Source of the DNA: Candidatus Limnocylindrales bacterium
Lineage (GTDB): Bacteria > Moduliflexota > Moduliflexia > Moduliflexales > JAUQPW01
Direction: 5' to 3'
Length of the DNA stretch: 64,000 bases
NCBI GenBank assembly: GCA_035559535.1
Contig: DATMBG010000058.1
Span: 248,001-312,000 of the forward strand
The translations under genes were made by a program, and so were the position numbers. The notes beneath the pieces were generated by a model. It worked only from the letters and a program-made list of their open reading frames with translations, was not told the origin of the DNA and did not search any database. Positions 9,430-19,625 of this stretch are shown piece by piece. Position 1 is the first letter of the stretch; the number at the start of each line of letters is the position of its first letter.

Positions 9430-9472
9430 AAGGTTAAAGTCTCGGGTTTTGTTAACCTGAGACTTTAACCTT
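9430..9472. terminator. Hairpin between convergent genes, likely a bidirectional terminator
   Basis: AAGGTTAAAGTCTCGGGTT / AACCTGAGACTTTAACCTT 19-bp stem overlapping the rbfA stop. Confidence 0.6.
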
Positions 9473-9848
9473 TGGATTCGGAACTGATTTTATCCAGTAG
9501 CTGAAGAACCCGATGGGTCTCTTCCAGGGCTTCATCGAAAACAAATTTGATATCCGGAATATATTTTAAATCTAATCTTTTACCTAATTCGCCCCGAATA
9601 TAGCCACTAGCCCTCTCTAACCCCCCTAAAATTTCCCTTTTCTTTTCCTCAGCTATCGTAACCCCTTGGATCTGGGTAATCGAGGGAATTGTTACATAAA
9701 ACTTGGCATATCGAAGGTCTTCTGTCAGGTCTACCCGGGTAATGATCACTAGCTTGACTCGAGGATCTTTTATTTCTCGTTGTAAGATAAGGCTAACCTC
9801 CTGATGGAGGAGATCCCGAACCCGGTCTGCTCGTTTATACCTGCGCAT
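9465..9848 (-). CDS. rbfA: 30S ribosome-binding factor A
   Basis: RADRV, EIKDPRV, ITRVDLTEDLRYAKFYV, L..ASGYIR, PDIKFVFD; GGAG SD before ATG 9848. Confidence 0.95.
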   Translation of the reverse strand: MRRYKRADRVRDLLHQEVSLILQREIKDPRVKLVIITRVDLTEDLRYAKFYVTIPSITQIQGVTIAEEKKREILGGLERASGYIRGELGKRLDLKYIPDIKFVFDEALEETHRVLQLLDKISSESKG

Positions 9849-9849
9849 A

Positions 9850-10152
9850 TTACAATTCTCCATGGTTTAAGCTGGTTAATTCGATTCCATAATCCAGAAT
9901 ACTGACTATTCCCGAGCCTTCTATATGATTTATGACTTTGTTCAATTCCTGATTCACGTAATTTTTATCGTTGCTGACCATAGCAATCCCAATGGTAGAA
10001 CGCTGCCAGGTTTCCAGATGCCCTATTTCCGCAATGGAAACATTGAATCGATTTTTAATTCGGCTTTTGATGCTGTTAAGTACCTGTCGCTTTCCTTTTA
10101 AGGAGTGATTGCTTGGAAGATAAAGTTCTACTCTGCAAATTCCGATAATCAT
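9850..10152 (-). CDS. DUF503 (YlxP) family protein
   Basis: HSLKGKRQVL...RFNVSIAE...WQRS; located between infB and rbfA. Confidence 0.92.
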   Translation of the reverse strand: MIIGICRVELYLPSNHSLKGKRQVLNSIKSRIKNRFNVSIAEIGHLETWQRSTIGIAMVSNDKNYVNQELNKVINHIEGSGIVSILDYGIELTSLNHGEL

Positions 10153-10209
10153 TATGAATTATCAATTATCAATTAAAAAATATTAATTGATAATTGTTAA
10201 TTTATAATT
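10151..10209. repeat. Intergenic fold-back of 7-nt repeats (ATTATCA vs TGATAAT)
   Basis: ATTATGA ATTATCA ATTATCA ATTAA-loop-TTAAT TGATAAT TGTTAAT TTATAAT, spanning the infB stop to the DUF503 start. Confidence 0.85.
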
Positions 10210-12319
10210 TAGAGGCCACTTCTTCATAAGAAAAGGCTTCAATGATATCTCCTCTTTTGATATCATTGTAATTTTCCAAGCTGATCCCACATTCAAACCC
10301 GCTGGGTACTTCTTTAACATCTTCCTTAAATCGTTTCAAGGAAGCAATTCGACCCTGATGAACCACGACCCCGTTTCGAATGAGACGAATTTCGGCGTTT
10401 CGGACCATTTTACCCGAAAGGACTCGACACCCGGCGACCATCCCTACTTTAGATATGGAAAAGACTTCTTGAATTTCGGCCTGTCCCAGAATCACTTCTT
10501 TATAGGTAGGTTTGAGGAGTCCTTCCATAGCCTTTTTCACATCCGATATGGCATCGTAAATAACACTATACAGGCGAATATCTACTTTCTCTCTTTCTGC
10601 CGATATTCTTGCTTTGACTTCGGGTCGAACATTAAATCCCAGGATAATGGCATTGGAGGCTGAAGCTAACATTACATCTGTTTCAGTAATGGCTCCCACT
10701 GCGCCATGGATAACCTTTAGCCGGACCCGTGGGGTACTTAATTTCTCCAGAGATTCCTTGATAGCTTCTACAGAACCCTGGGTATCTGCTTTGACCACTA
10801 ACCTTAATTCTTGAACATCTCCTTCTTGAATCTTTCGGTATAGATCTTCCAGAGAAACTTTAGCCGATTTTGAGAGTTCTTCCTCCCGTTGTTTTTCTTG
10901 ACGGCTTAAGGCAATTTGACGTGCTTTACGTTCATCGCTGACAACGATAAAGGAATCTCCTGCAGAAGGTACACCGGTCAGGCCAAGAACCTCTACCGGG
11001 GTAGAAGGACCCGCTTCTTTGACTTTGTGACCCATGTCATCGATCATGGCCCGCACCTTTCCATAGTAGAGCCCGCATACAAAAGGATCTCCAATTCGCA
11101 AGGTTCCATTTTGCACCAGGACGGTTGCAACCGGGCCACGTCCTTTATCTAATCGAGCTTCTAGAATAGTTCCTTTGGCAGGCCTATCCGGATTGGCTTT
11201 GAGCTCCATGATTTCAGCCTGAAGCAAGATCATCTCCAGCAGAAGATCCAGGTTAATACGCTGTTTGGCGGATATTTCCACGAAAATGGTATTTCCTCCC
11301 CAGGCCTCGGGCAACAAATCATATTTAGTCAATTCATTTTTAACGCGCTGAGGGTCGGCATTGGGTTTATCGATCTTATTGATGGCCACAATAATGGGAA
11401 CTCCCGCTGCTTTTGCATGATCAATGGCTTCTATGGTTTGAGGCATCACGCCATCATCTGCAGCTACCACCAGGACCACAATATCGGTAACTCGGGCTCC
11501 TCGGGCCCGCATCGCCGTAAACGCCTCGTGACCAGGTGTATCCAGGAAAACAATCTCCCCTTTATCCAATCGAACTTTGTAAGCTCCAATATGCTGGGTA
11601 ATCCCGCCAGCTTCTGTAGCGGCAATCCTGGATTTTCTAATGGCATCTAACAAAGAGGTTTTACCATGATCTACATGGCCCATAATGGTTACAACCGGAG
11701 GCCTTGGTTTCAGTAAACTTTCATCCTCCTGCTCACCGGGGAACAATTTCTCCCCTTCTAAATCGATGGATTTTACGTTGAAACCAAATTTATCTGCAAC
11801 CGAAACAGCCGCATCGATATCTAAGATCTGATTAATATTGGCCATGATTCCCATCTTAATCAGGGACTTAATAACTTGAGGAGGTGGAACTCCCATTTTT
11901 TCTGCTAATTCTTTCACCGTGATAGCTTCTGTCATTTCAATGGTAGGTCTTGCAGGAGGCGTTGGTTTATCGGGTTTTTTCGTTTCTGGTTTTACGTCCG
12001 GCTTTACCTCGGGTTTTATTTCCGGCTTTTTTTCCTTTACAGCCTCTGCCTTCACATCTTTCTTTCCCTGGACCTTTTTCTCCTGGACCTTGAGAGTCTC
12101 TGGTTCTTGAGTTGGAGTGGGCTTTACAGCTACTTCCATTCCCTTTTTAGTCTCAGCCGAGGAGCTAAATATATCCATGATTAGATCCGCCGTATCACTA
12201 TCTACCGAACTCATGTGGCTGGTGACCTCGATCCCTTCCCCCTGGACTAGCTTTACAAGATCCTTGCTGGCGATTCCAAGCCTTCTAGCAAGATCATAAA
12301 GTCTCACGTTTTTTCCCAT
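10202..12319 (-). CDS. infB: Translation initiation factor IF-2
   Basis: [47 protein letters not shown]. Confidence 0.99.
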   Translation of the reverse strand: MGKNVRLYDLARRLGIASKDLVKLVQGEGIEVTSHMSSVDSDTADLIMDIFSSSAETKKGMEVAVKPTPTQEPETLKVQEKKVQGKKDVKAEAVKEKKPEIKPEVKPDVKPETKKPDKPTPPARPTIEMTEAITVKELAEKMGVPPPQVIKSLIKMGIMANINQILDIDAAVSVADKFGFNVKSIDLEGEKLFPGEQEDESLLKPRPPVVTIMGHVDHGKTSLLDAIRKSRIAATEAGGITQHIGAYKVRLDKGEIVFLDTPGHEAFTAMRARGARVTDIVVLVVAADDGVMPQTIEAIDHAKAAGVPIIVAINKIDKPNADPQRVKNELTKYDLLPEAWGGNTIFVEISAKQRINLDLLLEMILLQAEIMELKANPDRPAKGTILEARLDKGRGPVATVLVQNGTLRIGDPFVCGLYYGKVRAMIDDMGHKVKEAGPSTPVEVLGLTGVPSAGDSFIVVSDERKARQIALSRQEKQREEELSKSAKVSLEDLYRKIQEGDVQELRLVVKADTQGSVEAIKESLEKLSTPRVRLKVIHGAVGAITETDVMLASASNAIILGFNVRPEVKARISAEREKVDIRLYSVIYDAISDVKKAMEGLLKPTYKEVILGQAEIQEVFSISKVGMVAGCRVLSGKMVRNAEIRLIRNGVVVHQGRIASLKRFKEDVKEVPSGFECGISLENYNDIKRGDIIEAFSYEEVASKL

Positions 12320-12347
12320 AATGCATCTTCCCTCCTATCCCTACAAA

Positions 12348-13625
12348 CTAAGGCTGAGAATCCGGAGGTTCAGGGGGCTTTATGAGCTCCTGAGCGCTGT
12401 GTAGGATCCTCTCTGCTATTTCTCTTTCATTACCTAAAACTTCTGATAACTTTTCAAGCGAACTTCGGGCAATTTCTTTGGCAGACAAAAACCCTGCTTC
12501 GGTTAGTTGCCTGGCAATCTTTGGGTTCATCCCGGGAATTTGTAAAAACTCTTCTGGAATTTCCGCTTCATTTTCAGCTTTTTCCAATTTATCCTTTTTC
12601 CCTGATTCCGGTTTGATCACGACCCGCCACCCGGTCAACTGAGTAATCAACTTTATATTCTGCCATTTTCTTCCAATAGCCAATGAAAATTGATCATCGG
12701 GTACGATAACCTCTACACAATGTTCCTCTTTATTGACCGAAGCATGCACCGCTTTAGCCGGGCTTAAAGCCCGGGTAACCAGGATGGCCGGATCTTCATC
12801 CCATTCAATAATGTCGATCTTTTCTCCACGGAGCTCCCTTACAATCGATTGAACACGTGAACCTCGCAATCCTACGCAAGCTCCAATAGGATCCACATTT
12901 TTATCTAAAGATATCACTCCAATTTTAGCTCGAACTCCTGGCTCCCTTGCAACCCCTTTAATTTGAACAATCCCTTCTGAGATTTCGGGAACCTCGATTT
13001 CAAAAAGTTTGGTTAAAAACTCCGGACAGGCCCTGGATAAAACAACCTGAGGACCTTTACTTCCCATCTTCACCTCTTGAATATAAGCCCGAAGCTTCTC
13101 CCCCCGACGATAAAATTCTTTAGGTAACTGTTCTTTTTTAGGTAAAATGGCTTCTGCATTTCCCAGGTCTACAATAATTAAGTTTTTTTCAACCTGATAA
13201 ACGGTCCCTAAGACAACTTCCCCTTCACGGGCTTTATATAAGTTATAAATTTTTTGCTTCTCAGCCTCTTTAACTTTTTGAATAATAATTTGCTTGGCCC
13301 TTTGGGCAGAAATACGCCCAAAGACCGTCATATCTGCCGGTAATTTAATGTCTTCTCCTTCTTGAACTTCCGGTGAGATTTTCCTGGCTTCCTCCAAAGA
13401 GATTTCTACTTTTGGATTGGTAACCTCTTTAACAACCTTCTTAATACTGAAGAGCTGGATTTGGCCACTTTTCTCGTCATATTCTGCCTTGAAATTATAC
13501 CCGGAATTATACTTTTTTCTGGCTGCCGATTCAATGGCGGCTTCGACAGCTTCTATTAAAATATGGATAGGGAGCCCCTTTTCTCTCCCTACCTGTTCTA
13601 ACGCTTGTACTAATTCGCGGCTCAT
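12348..13625 (-). CDS. nusA: Transcription termination/antitermination factor NusA
   Basis: FGRISAQRAKQ, S1 domain, AREPGVRAKI, GACVGLRGSRV, SLAIGR and one C-terminal HhH; GGAGGGAG SD before ATG 13625. Confidence 0.97.
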   Translation of the reverse strand: MSRELVQALEQVGREKGLPIHILIEAVEAAIESAARKKYNSGYNFKAEYDEKSGQIQLFSIKKVVKEVTNPKVEISLEEARKISPEVQEGEDIKLPADMTVFGRISAQRAKQIIIQKVKEAEKQKIYNLYKAREGEVVLGTVYQVEKNLIIVDLGNAEAILPKKEQLPKEFYRRGEKLRAYIQEVKMGSKGPQVVLSRACPEFLTKLFEIEVPEISEGIVQIKGVAREPGVRAKIGVISLDKNVDPIGACVGLRGSRVQSIVRELRGEKIDIIEWDEDPAILVTRALSPAKAVHASVNKEEHCVEVIVPDDQFSLAIGRKWQNIKLITQLTGWRVVIKPESGKKDKLEKAENEAEIPEEFLQIPGMNPKIARQLTEAGFLSAKEIARSSLEKLSEVLGNEREIAERILHSAQELIKPPEPPDSQP

Positions 13626-13671
13626 GGTCTCCCTCCAGTCCTTCTCTTTAGGAAAGTCGATCTCCTCCCAC

Positions 13672-14133
13672 CTAAAATTCAACTTCTAATCTAGACTTCG
13701 AGATATTCTCATAAGGTATTTCGATCTCTTGGTTTGATTTGGTCCTAATCCGTACCTTGTCATCCTGCATACCCTGCAAGTATCCAGAGAAGACCTTCTG
13801 TCCATTAATGGAAGAGAAGGTTTTTATTTTCACTAATTTGCCTTGAAATCGAAGATAATCCTCTTTTGTCTTCAAGGGCCTATCTAATCCAGGAGAAGAG
13901 ACTTCTAGTGTATAAGATCGGTCGATAATATCTTCAATATCCAGCAGAACCTCAACCTCCCGGCTGACTTTTTCACAATCCAAGAGGGTAACTCCACCCG
14001 GTTTATCAATAAAAATCCGAAGATACCAGATTTTACCTTCTTTTTTAAATTCAATATCCACCAGCTCCATCCCCTCAGATTCCACAACCGGAGTCACTAA
14101 AGTTCTTACGGAGTTAATTATCTCGTTCTTCAT
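13672..14133 (-). CDS. rimP: Ribosome maturation factor RimP
   Basis: LRIFIDKPGGVTLLDC, YTLEVSSPGLDRPL. Confidence 0.97.
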   Translation of the reverse strand: MKNEIINSVRTLVTPVVESEGMELVDIEFKKEGKIWYLRIFIDKPGGVTLLDCEKVSREVEVLLDIEDIIDRSYTLEVSSPGLDRPLKTKEDYLRFQGKLVKIKTFSSINGQKVFSGYLQGMQDDKVRIRTKSNQEIEIPYENISKSRLEVEF

Positions 14134-14169
14134 ACCTTACAAACCTCAAACTCTTTTTAGAGAGACAAT

Positions 14170-14196
14170 AAAAAAGTGGGCTTTTTGCCCACTTTT
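14170..14196 (-). terminator. rimP-leader terminator hairpin
   Basis: Minus strand AAAAGTGGGC-AAAAA-GCCCACTTTTTT about 40 nt upstream of rimP, matching the conserved rimP leader. Confidence 0.8.
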
Positions 14197-14302
14197 AAGT
14201 GAAAAACTTTTTTATAATAAAAATTACTATATCTGATTTGCAATTGCAAGGAGAAAATATAAATTTTTCACTTCGCTTCTCTAATCTTTAGAAGAGATTA
14301 AG

Positions 14303-14380
14303 AATGCGGGAGTGTGGAGGTATGGAGGTATGGAAGTGTGGAAGTATAAAAAATAGACTCCCATACTCCCCTACCTCCCT
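14303..14380. repeat. Intergenic 8-nt repeat fold-back (TATGGAGG vs CCATACTC)
   Basis: TGTGGAGG TATGGAGG TATGGAAG TGTGGAAG ... ACTCCCAT ACTCCCCT ACCTCCCT. Confidence 0.8.
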
Positions 14381-15356
14381 ACTTATCCCGGGTTAATACC
14401 AGGTAGGTAAGATCTGATAAGATTTGCTTGGCGGTGCAGTCTTCAAATTCCTCCAGATAATCCCTGGCCATACTTGCGTATTGTTTAGCTTCCTGTAAAC
14501 TCAATTCAATGGCGTTATACTTATGAATAAGATCCAGGACGGTTTTAAAATCCTCTTCTTTGAGTTCTCCAGAGTTTTGAATCACGTGTTCTAAAAGAAC
14601 CCTTTCTTTAGGGGTGGCCTTCTCTAACAAAATAAGAAGGGGAAGGGTGACTTTCCCTTCCTTTAAGTCTGTTCCTGGAGTCTTACCAAACTTCTCGATA
14701 GGGGCAATAAAATCTAAGGTGTCATCGGTAATCTGGAAGGCAAGTCCCAGGTGGAGGCCGTAATTTCTTAAAGCCAGTTCTTTTTGTTGGGTAGCCTTCC
14801 CCAAAATGGCTCCCAACTGACAACAGGCTGAAAAAAGATACGCTGTCTTTAATTTGATAATTTCTAAATAATCAGCCCGTTGCATTCGGATATCTCGACT
14901 CCGAATCGATTCCATCACTTCTCCCTCGGTCATCCGCATGGTCAAATCCGCAATCACCCGCATAATGTTCATATCTCCGTCATGGACCGCAAGGAGCATG
15001 GACTTGGAGTAAAGGAAATCTCCTACAAGAATCGGAAGCGTATTGCCCCATACCGAATTGGCCGAAAGCTTTCCTCTTCTTAATTCCGCCCGGTCAATCA
15101 CATCGTCATGGAGTAGCGTGGCGGTATGGATGAATTCTACCACGCTCCCTAAAATATATTTTCTTTTACCCCGGTAGTTGGAAAGCTCTGCACTTAGCAA
15201 TACTAAAGCCGGACGTAAGCGTTTACCGCCACTTTTACAAATATGCCGGCCAATTTCCGTAATTAACTCCACATCCGATTGAAGTTGCCGTTCAATCTCA
15301 GCTTCTACTTCCTGGAGATCCTTCTGAAGATCTTTAAATAGCTGGTCAAGGGTCAT
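14379..15356 (-). CDS. Long-chain trans-polyprenyl diphosphate synthase (IspB/HepT-like)
   Basis: GGKRLRP, HTATLLHDDVID...RRG, KTA, FQITDDTLD, GKTPGTDLKEGKVTLP. Confidence 0.95.
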   Translation of the reverse strand: MTLDQLFKDLQKDLQEVEAEIERQLQSDVELITEIGRHICKSGGKRLRPALVLLSAELSNYRGKRKYILGSVVEFIHTATLLHDDVIDRAELRRGKLSANSVWGNTLPILVGDFLYSKSMLLAVHDGDMNIMRVIADLTMRMTEGEVMESIRSRDIRMQRADYLEIIKLKTAYLFSACCQLGAILGKATQQKELALRNYGLHLGLAFQITDDTLDFIAPIEKFGKTPGTDLKEGKVTLPLLILLEKATPKERVLLEHVIQNSGELKEEDFKTVLDLIHKYNAIELSLQEAKQYASMARDYLEEFEDCTAKQILSDLTYLVLTRDK

Positions 15357-15501
15357 CTATCACCTCGGTGATCTTTGCAGGAAACCTATTAAGTGTCTGA
15401 AAGATAAAGGGATTTCTTCTAAAGATTTAAGTTAAATATATGTGAAATTTACCCTCCGTCAATAGGGTTTCCCGTCCTTTACAGAATTTTTTTAAAAATC
15501 C

Positions 15502-15560
15502 TTGACAACTCACCGAAGAGATGACTATTTATTATTAGTAATAGTAACTACTCCTAATAA
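15502..15560 (+). promoter_or_regulatory. Promoter with Fur/PerR-type inverted-repeat operator
   Basis: TTGACA at 15502-15507, then the dyad TTATTAGtaaTAGT-A-ACTActcCTAATAA (15532-15560) just before the Fur-family gene. Confidence 0.6.
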
Positions 15561-15581
15561 GGAATAAGGAAAAAGTTAAGA

Positions 15582-15992
15582 ATGAAAATGAAAAATAAAC
15601 GAACTCGGCTAACGCGCCAGCGCAAAATTATACTGGAAACCCTTCAACAAACAAGGTCTCATCCAACTGCTGACTGGATCTACCAAAAAGTTCGGGAACA
15701 ACTTCCTCATATCAGTTTAGGGACGGTTTATCGTAACCTGAACGTTTTGAAAAAGGAAGGTAAAATTCTAGAGCTCAAATACGGAAAGGATGTCAGTCGC
15801 TTTGACGCTTTAACCACAGATCATTACCACTTTACCTGTGAAAAGTGTCATAGGATTTACGATCTGGATGTGGCCTTGAACAAGGATCTGGAGCAGATGG
15901 TTGCCCAGAAGACCGGTTTCAGTATTACCTATCATCGGGCCGAGTTCTATGGAATTTGTTCAGATTGCCAAAAGTCTGATGCATCCAACTAA
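15582..15992 (+). CDS. Fur-family regulator, PerR-like
   Basis: RLTRQR, HPTADWIY, ISLGTVYRNL, RFD...HYHFTCEKC, FYGICSDC; heads a rubrerythrin operon. Confidence 0.9.
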   Translation: MKMKNKRTRLTRQRKIILETLQQTRSHPTADWIYQKVREQLPHISLGTVYRNLNVLKKEGKILELKYGKDVSRFDALTTDHYHFTCEKCHRIYDLDVALNKDLEQMVAQKTGFSITYHRAEFYGICSDCQKSDASN

Positions 15993-16127
15993 CTTATAAG
16001 GATGACTCGATCTGGTACCTTCAGAGAGGGATCTGTCTCTAACTCCTTACTTCGGAGGCAGGTTTGCTCTAGAGTAAGGTTACCAGGTAGGAGTATCTTA
16101 ATTTAAAGAAGAAGGAGGGAGAATTTC

Positions 16128-16574
16128 ATGAATAAATCACTCAAAGGAACCAAAAGTTTAGAGAATTTAAAGGAAGCTTTTGCCGGGGAGTCCCAGGCCA
16201 ATCGGAGATACTTATATTTTGCTCGAAGGGCTGATATCGAGGGATATCCTGATATCGGTGGACTTTTCCGAGATACTTCGGAGGCTGAGACGGGCCATGC
16301 CTTTGGTCATTTAGATTTCTTAAAAGAGGTCGGTGATCCGGTCACAGGAGTTCCTATTGGAACTACCGAGCAAAATCTCCGATCGGCTATAGAAGGGGAA
16401 ACCTACGAATATACCCAGATGTATCCGGGATTTGCCAAGGTTGCCCGTGAAGAAGGTTTCCAGGAGCTTGCCGAATGGTTTGAAACCCTGGCCAAAGCAG
16501 AAAAATCCCATGCCGGAAGATTCTCCAAAGGGCTTGAGAAGATAACCGGTAAGGAACCTGCGGCAGCCATCTAA
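16128..16574 (+). CDS. Rubrerythrin-family di-iron protein lacking the rubredoxin domain (erythrin/sulerythrin type)
   Basis: [38 protein letters not shown]; no C-terminal CxxC pairs. Confidence 0.93.
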   Translation: MNKSLKGTKSLENLKEAFAGESQANRRYLYFARRADIEGYPDIGGLFRDTSEAETGHAFGHLDFLKEVGDPVTGVPIGTTEQNLRSAIEGETYEYTQMYPGFAKVAREEGFQELAEWFETLAKAEKSHAGRFSKGLEKITGKEPAAAI

Positions 16575-16577
16575 CCA

Positions 16578-16668
16578 CAGAAGAGAAGTATAAGAGAGTA
16601 GGAGTGTGGGGGTTCGGGGGTATGGGAGTAGGGGAGAAATTCTATATTCCCATACCCCCTACATTTTA
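16578..16668. repeat. Intergenic 8-nt repeat fold-back
   Basis: AGAGAAG TATAAGAG AGTAGGAG TGTGGGGG TTCGGGGG TATGGGAG ... TTCCCATA CCCCCTAC. Confidence 0.75.
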
Positions 16669-16673
16669 CACCT

Positions 16674-17942
16674 ATGGGGTTTGATTTTAGCTCAAGGGAA
16701 TTCTGGAATGAATCGGCTTTGGAAAAAGAAATTCGCCGGGTATTCGATATCTGCCATGGCTGCCGGCGTTGTTATAATCTTTGCCCATCTTTTTCCGATC
16801 TCTTTAATCGCATCGATGAGGAACGGGTGGATGGAGATGTAGATAAATTGGATAAGGAGGATTTCAAACAAGTTACAGACCTTTGCTACCAGTGTAAACT
16901 CTGCTACAACCACTGCCCCTATACGCCCCCACATCGATGGGATATCGATTTTCCCAGACTTATGCTCCGGTCTAAAGCCGTTCATGGAAGGTATCAGGGA
17001 ATTACCTTCCAGGATAAAATTCTAGGGAGAACCGATCTGATAGGTCGAATAGGAAGTACCTTTGCTCCGGTGGTTAACTGGGTCAACCGAAATAAGATTC
17101 TGCGACGCCTCATGGAGAGATTTCTCGGTATTGCAGCAGAAAGAAATCTCCCCCCTTATCATCGAGATACCTTTGTGGCGTGGTTCCAGGATCGACCTGT
17201 TCGTTTGCGGCAACCCGGCGTTGGTACAAAGGGTAAGATCGCTTTATTTTACACCTGCCCGGTTAATTACAATTACCCGGAGGTCGGAAGAGCCAGTGTG
17301 GAAGTTTTGGAAAAAAATGGGGTTGCAGTTAGCTGCCCGGAACAGAAGTGCTGTGGCATGCCTTATTTAGATGGGGGAGATATCGATTCGGCCCTTCAGA
17401 ATGCAAGATTTAATGTCAATTCCCTCCATCAAGCAGTTCGAGATGGCTATATCATCCTTTCTCCAGGACCTACCTGTACCTATATGCTTAAACAGGAGTA
17501 TCCTGTTTTAGTTGGAACCCCAGAAGCCAGGGAGGTTGCCCAAAACACCTATGATATTTGTGAATATCTGATGAAATTGAAAGAGCAGGGGAAGTTAAAT
17601 ACCCGCTTTACCCAGGCTGTCGGAAAAATAGCCTACCATCTCCCCTGTCATCTAAAAGCTCAAAATATCGGATTTAAGTCCAGAGATCTGATGAAGTTGA
17701 TTCCGGGAACAACCGTTGAGCTGCTGGATCATTGTTCTGCTGTGGATGGAACCTGGGGATTAAAGAAGGAATATTTTAAACTTTCTCTCAAAGTAGCTAA
17801 TCCTCTTTTAAAAGGCATCCAACAACTCCAACCCGATGCCGTAGTTACCGACTGCCCTCTGGCAGGGCTTCAAATTCAATACGGAACCGGCATTAAACCA
17901 CTTCATCCGATTGAAGTATTGAAGAAGGCGTATGGAATTTAA
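16674..17942 (+). CDS. Rubrerythrin-associated Fe-S oxidoreductase (GlpC/HdrB-like; two 4Fe-4S motifs + CCG domains)
   Basis: CHGCRRCYNLC, CYQCKLCYNHCPY, CCGMP, YHLPCH, TDCP. Confidence 0.9.
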   Translation: MGFDFSSREFWNESALEKEIRRVFDICHGCRRCYNLCPSFSDLFNRIDEERVDGDVDKLDKEDFKQVTDLCYQCKLCYNHCPYTPPHRWDIDFPRLMLRSKAVHGRYQGITFQDKILGRTDLIGRIGSTFAPVVNWVNRNKILRRLMERFLGIAAERNLPPYHRDTFVAWFQDRPVRLRQPGVGTKGKIALFYTCPVNYNYPEVGRASVEVLEKNGVAVSCPEQKCCGMPYLDGGDIDSALQNARFNVNSLHQAVRDGYIILSPGPTCTYMLKQEYPVLVGTPEAREVAQNTYDICEYLMKLKEQGKLNTRFTQAVGKIAYHLPCHLKAQNIGFKSRDLMKLIPGTTVELLDHCSAVDGTWGLKKEYFKLSLKVANPLLKGIQQLQPDAVVTDCPLAGLQIQYGTGIKPLHPIEVLKKAYGI

Positions 17943-18025
17943 GTCAAAGGTAGGAAGCCGGAGACAAGAGGTAAGGAGTGAGATTTCTTATTTCTTGCTT
18001 CTTGCCACCGGCTTCTTAAGTTTCG

Positions 18026-18619
18026 GTGAAAAAGATAGAGTTCGGAGACATTAAAAACATTCTGGAATACGAAAAAATTCGAGATGCGTTCCGTAATCAT
18101 CTGATAGTACTTAAAAAGAATCGGCGAATTCAGGTGGGGGATCTTATCTCCTTTCTGTTTGAAAACCGGGAAACCGTCCTGTTTCAAATTCAGGAAATGA
18201 TGCGTGCTGAGCGAATCGTAGAAGACGCTAAAATCCAGGAGGAAATCGATGTCTACAATGCCTTGATTCCTGATAAAGGAGAACTCAGTGCGACCATGTT
18301 CATTGAAATAGATGAGAAGAATAAAATTAAAGAAGAGTTGGATCGGATGATGGGGATCGATCAAGAAGGGACTGTCTATTTTAAAATTGGTGAGCAAGAA
18401 AATGTACCTGGATTTTTCGAAGCCGGACACAGCAAAGAGGATAAAATCAGTGCCGTTCATTATGTTCGGTTCCGATTTACTCCGGAGCAAATAGAAAAGT
18501 TTAAAAACGAGCAGGAAGAAGTTTTTCTGGTCATAGATCATCCGAACTACCGGCAAAGGAAAGAGGTTCCCTTGGAAGTTCGAAGAGAGTTGATAAAAGA
18601 TTTACTTGAAGAGGAGTGA
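18026..18619 (+). CDS. DUF3501 family protein
   Basis: KKNRRIQVG, FENRETVLFQIQEMMRAE, YNALIP, KISAVHYVRF, DHPNY; usual partner of the rubrerythrin/Fe-S cluster. Confidence 0.9.
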   Translation: MKKIEFGDIKNILEYEKIRDAFRNHLIVLKKNRRIQVGDLISFLFENRETVLFQIQEMMRAERIVEDAKIQEEIDVYNALIPDKGELSATMFIEIDEKNKIKEELDRMMGIDQEGTVYFKIGEQENVPGFFEAGHSKEDKISAVHYVRFRFTPEQIEKFKNEQEEVFLVIDHPNYRQRKEVPLEVRRELIKDLLEEE

Positions 18620-18649
18620 GCACGTTGGGGAGTGGGCGGTTAGATATTT

Positions 18650-19612
18650 TCATTGCCCACCAACCGCCGGCTCTGACTCACTTTTATTCACAAACCAGGC
18701 AATCGAACGTCTTAATCCTTCCTCTAAGGTGACGGTCGGGGAGAAGCCTAAAATCTGTCGTGCCTGGGAGATATCGGCCAGAGAATGGCGAATGTCCCCA
18801 GGTCGTGAAGATTCATAAACAGGCTGGATATTCTTCCCTAAGAGGGTATTCAAGGTTTTGATTAATTCATTCACAGTAATCCGCTTTCCATAGGCAATAT
18901 TAAAGATCTTACCAGGAGCCTCCGGCGCCTTTATGGCCAGGATATTGGCCTGAACCACGTTCTCTACATAGGTAAAATCCCGGGACTGCTCACCGTCTCC
19001 ATACACTAAAGGGGGTTTGTTGACCAATAGGGCGTTGATAAATCTGGGAATGGCAGCAGCATACTGGGAAGTGGGATCCTGTTTTGGACCAAAGACATTA
19101 AAATACCTTAAACAAACGGTCTCCAATCCATGGATTTTATAGTAAACTTTGCAATAGTATTCACCAGCCAATTTGGTAACGGCGTAGGGAGAAAGTGGAT
19201 TGGGAACGGCATCCTCCCGTTTGGGAAGTAGGGGACTGTCTCCATAGACCGAAGAGGAGGAACTGAAGATAACCCGCTTGACCCTCATTTGTCTGGCTGC
19301 TTCCAATACGTGGAGTGTTCCCTGGATATTAACCTCATTGGAGGTAATGGGATCCTGGATGGATCGAGGAACTGAAGGAAGCGCACCCAAATGAAAAATA
19401 AAATCAACCGCTTCCGCAGCTTTTCGAACCGTTTCAAAATCTCTCAAATCTCCCTCTATAAATTGAATATGGGAAAGGATGGAAGAAATATTCTGCCGTT
19501 TACCGGTCATAAAATTATCTAAAACGCGTACCCGATAATTAATTTTTAAAAGAGCTTCTACCAGGTGGGAGCCTATAAACCCTGCTCCCCCCGTTACCAG
19601 ACAGGTAATCAC
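18650..19612 (-). CDS. NAD-dependent nucleotide-sugar epimerase (WbpP/TviC-like extended SDR)
   Basis: TGGAGFIGS, SVPRSI, SSSSVYG, SPYAVTK, LRYFNVFGP, GDGEQSRDFT. Confidence 0.92.
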   Translation of the reverse strand: MITCLVTGGAGFIGSHLVEALLKINYRVRVLDNFMTGKRQNISSILSHIQFIEGDLRDFETVRKAAEAVDFIFHLGALPSVPRSIQDPITSNEVNIQGTLHVLEAARQMRVKRVIFSSSSSVYGDSPLLPKREDAVPNPLSPYAVTKLAGEYYCKVYYKIHGLETVCLRYFNVFGPKQDPTSQYAAAIPRFINALLVNKPPLVYGDGEQSRDFTYVENVVQANILAIKAPEAPGKIFNIAYGKRITVNELIKTLNTLLGKNIQPVYESSRPGDIRHSLADISQARQILGFSPTVTLEEGLRRSIAWFVNKSESEPAVGGQ

Positions 19613-19625
19613 TGAGAATTCCTCC

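Noticed and set aside
17939-18556. Long antisense ORFs (e.g. 17939-18556, 35307-35900, 46106-46720, 48885-49547)
   Set aside because: They lie opposite well-supported genes and show no protein motifs.
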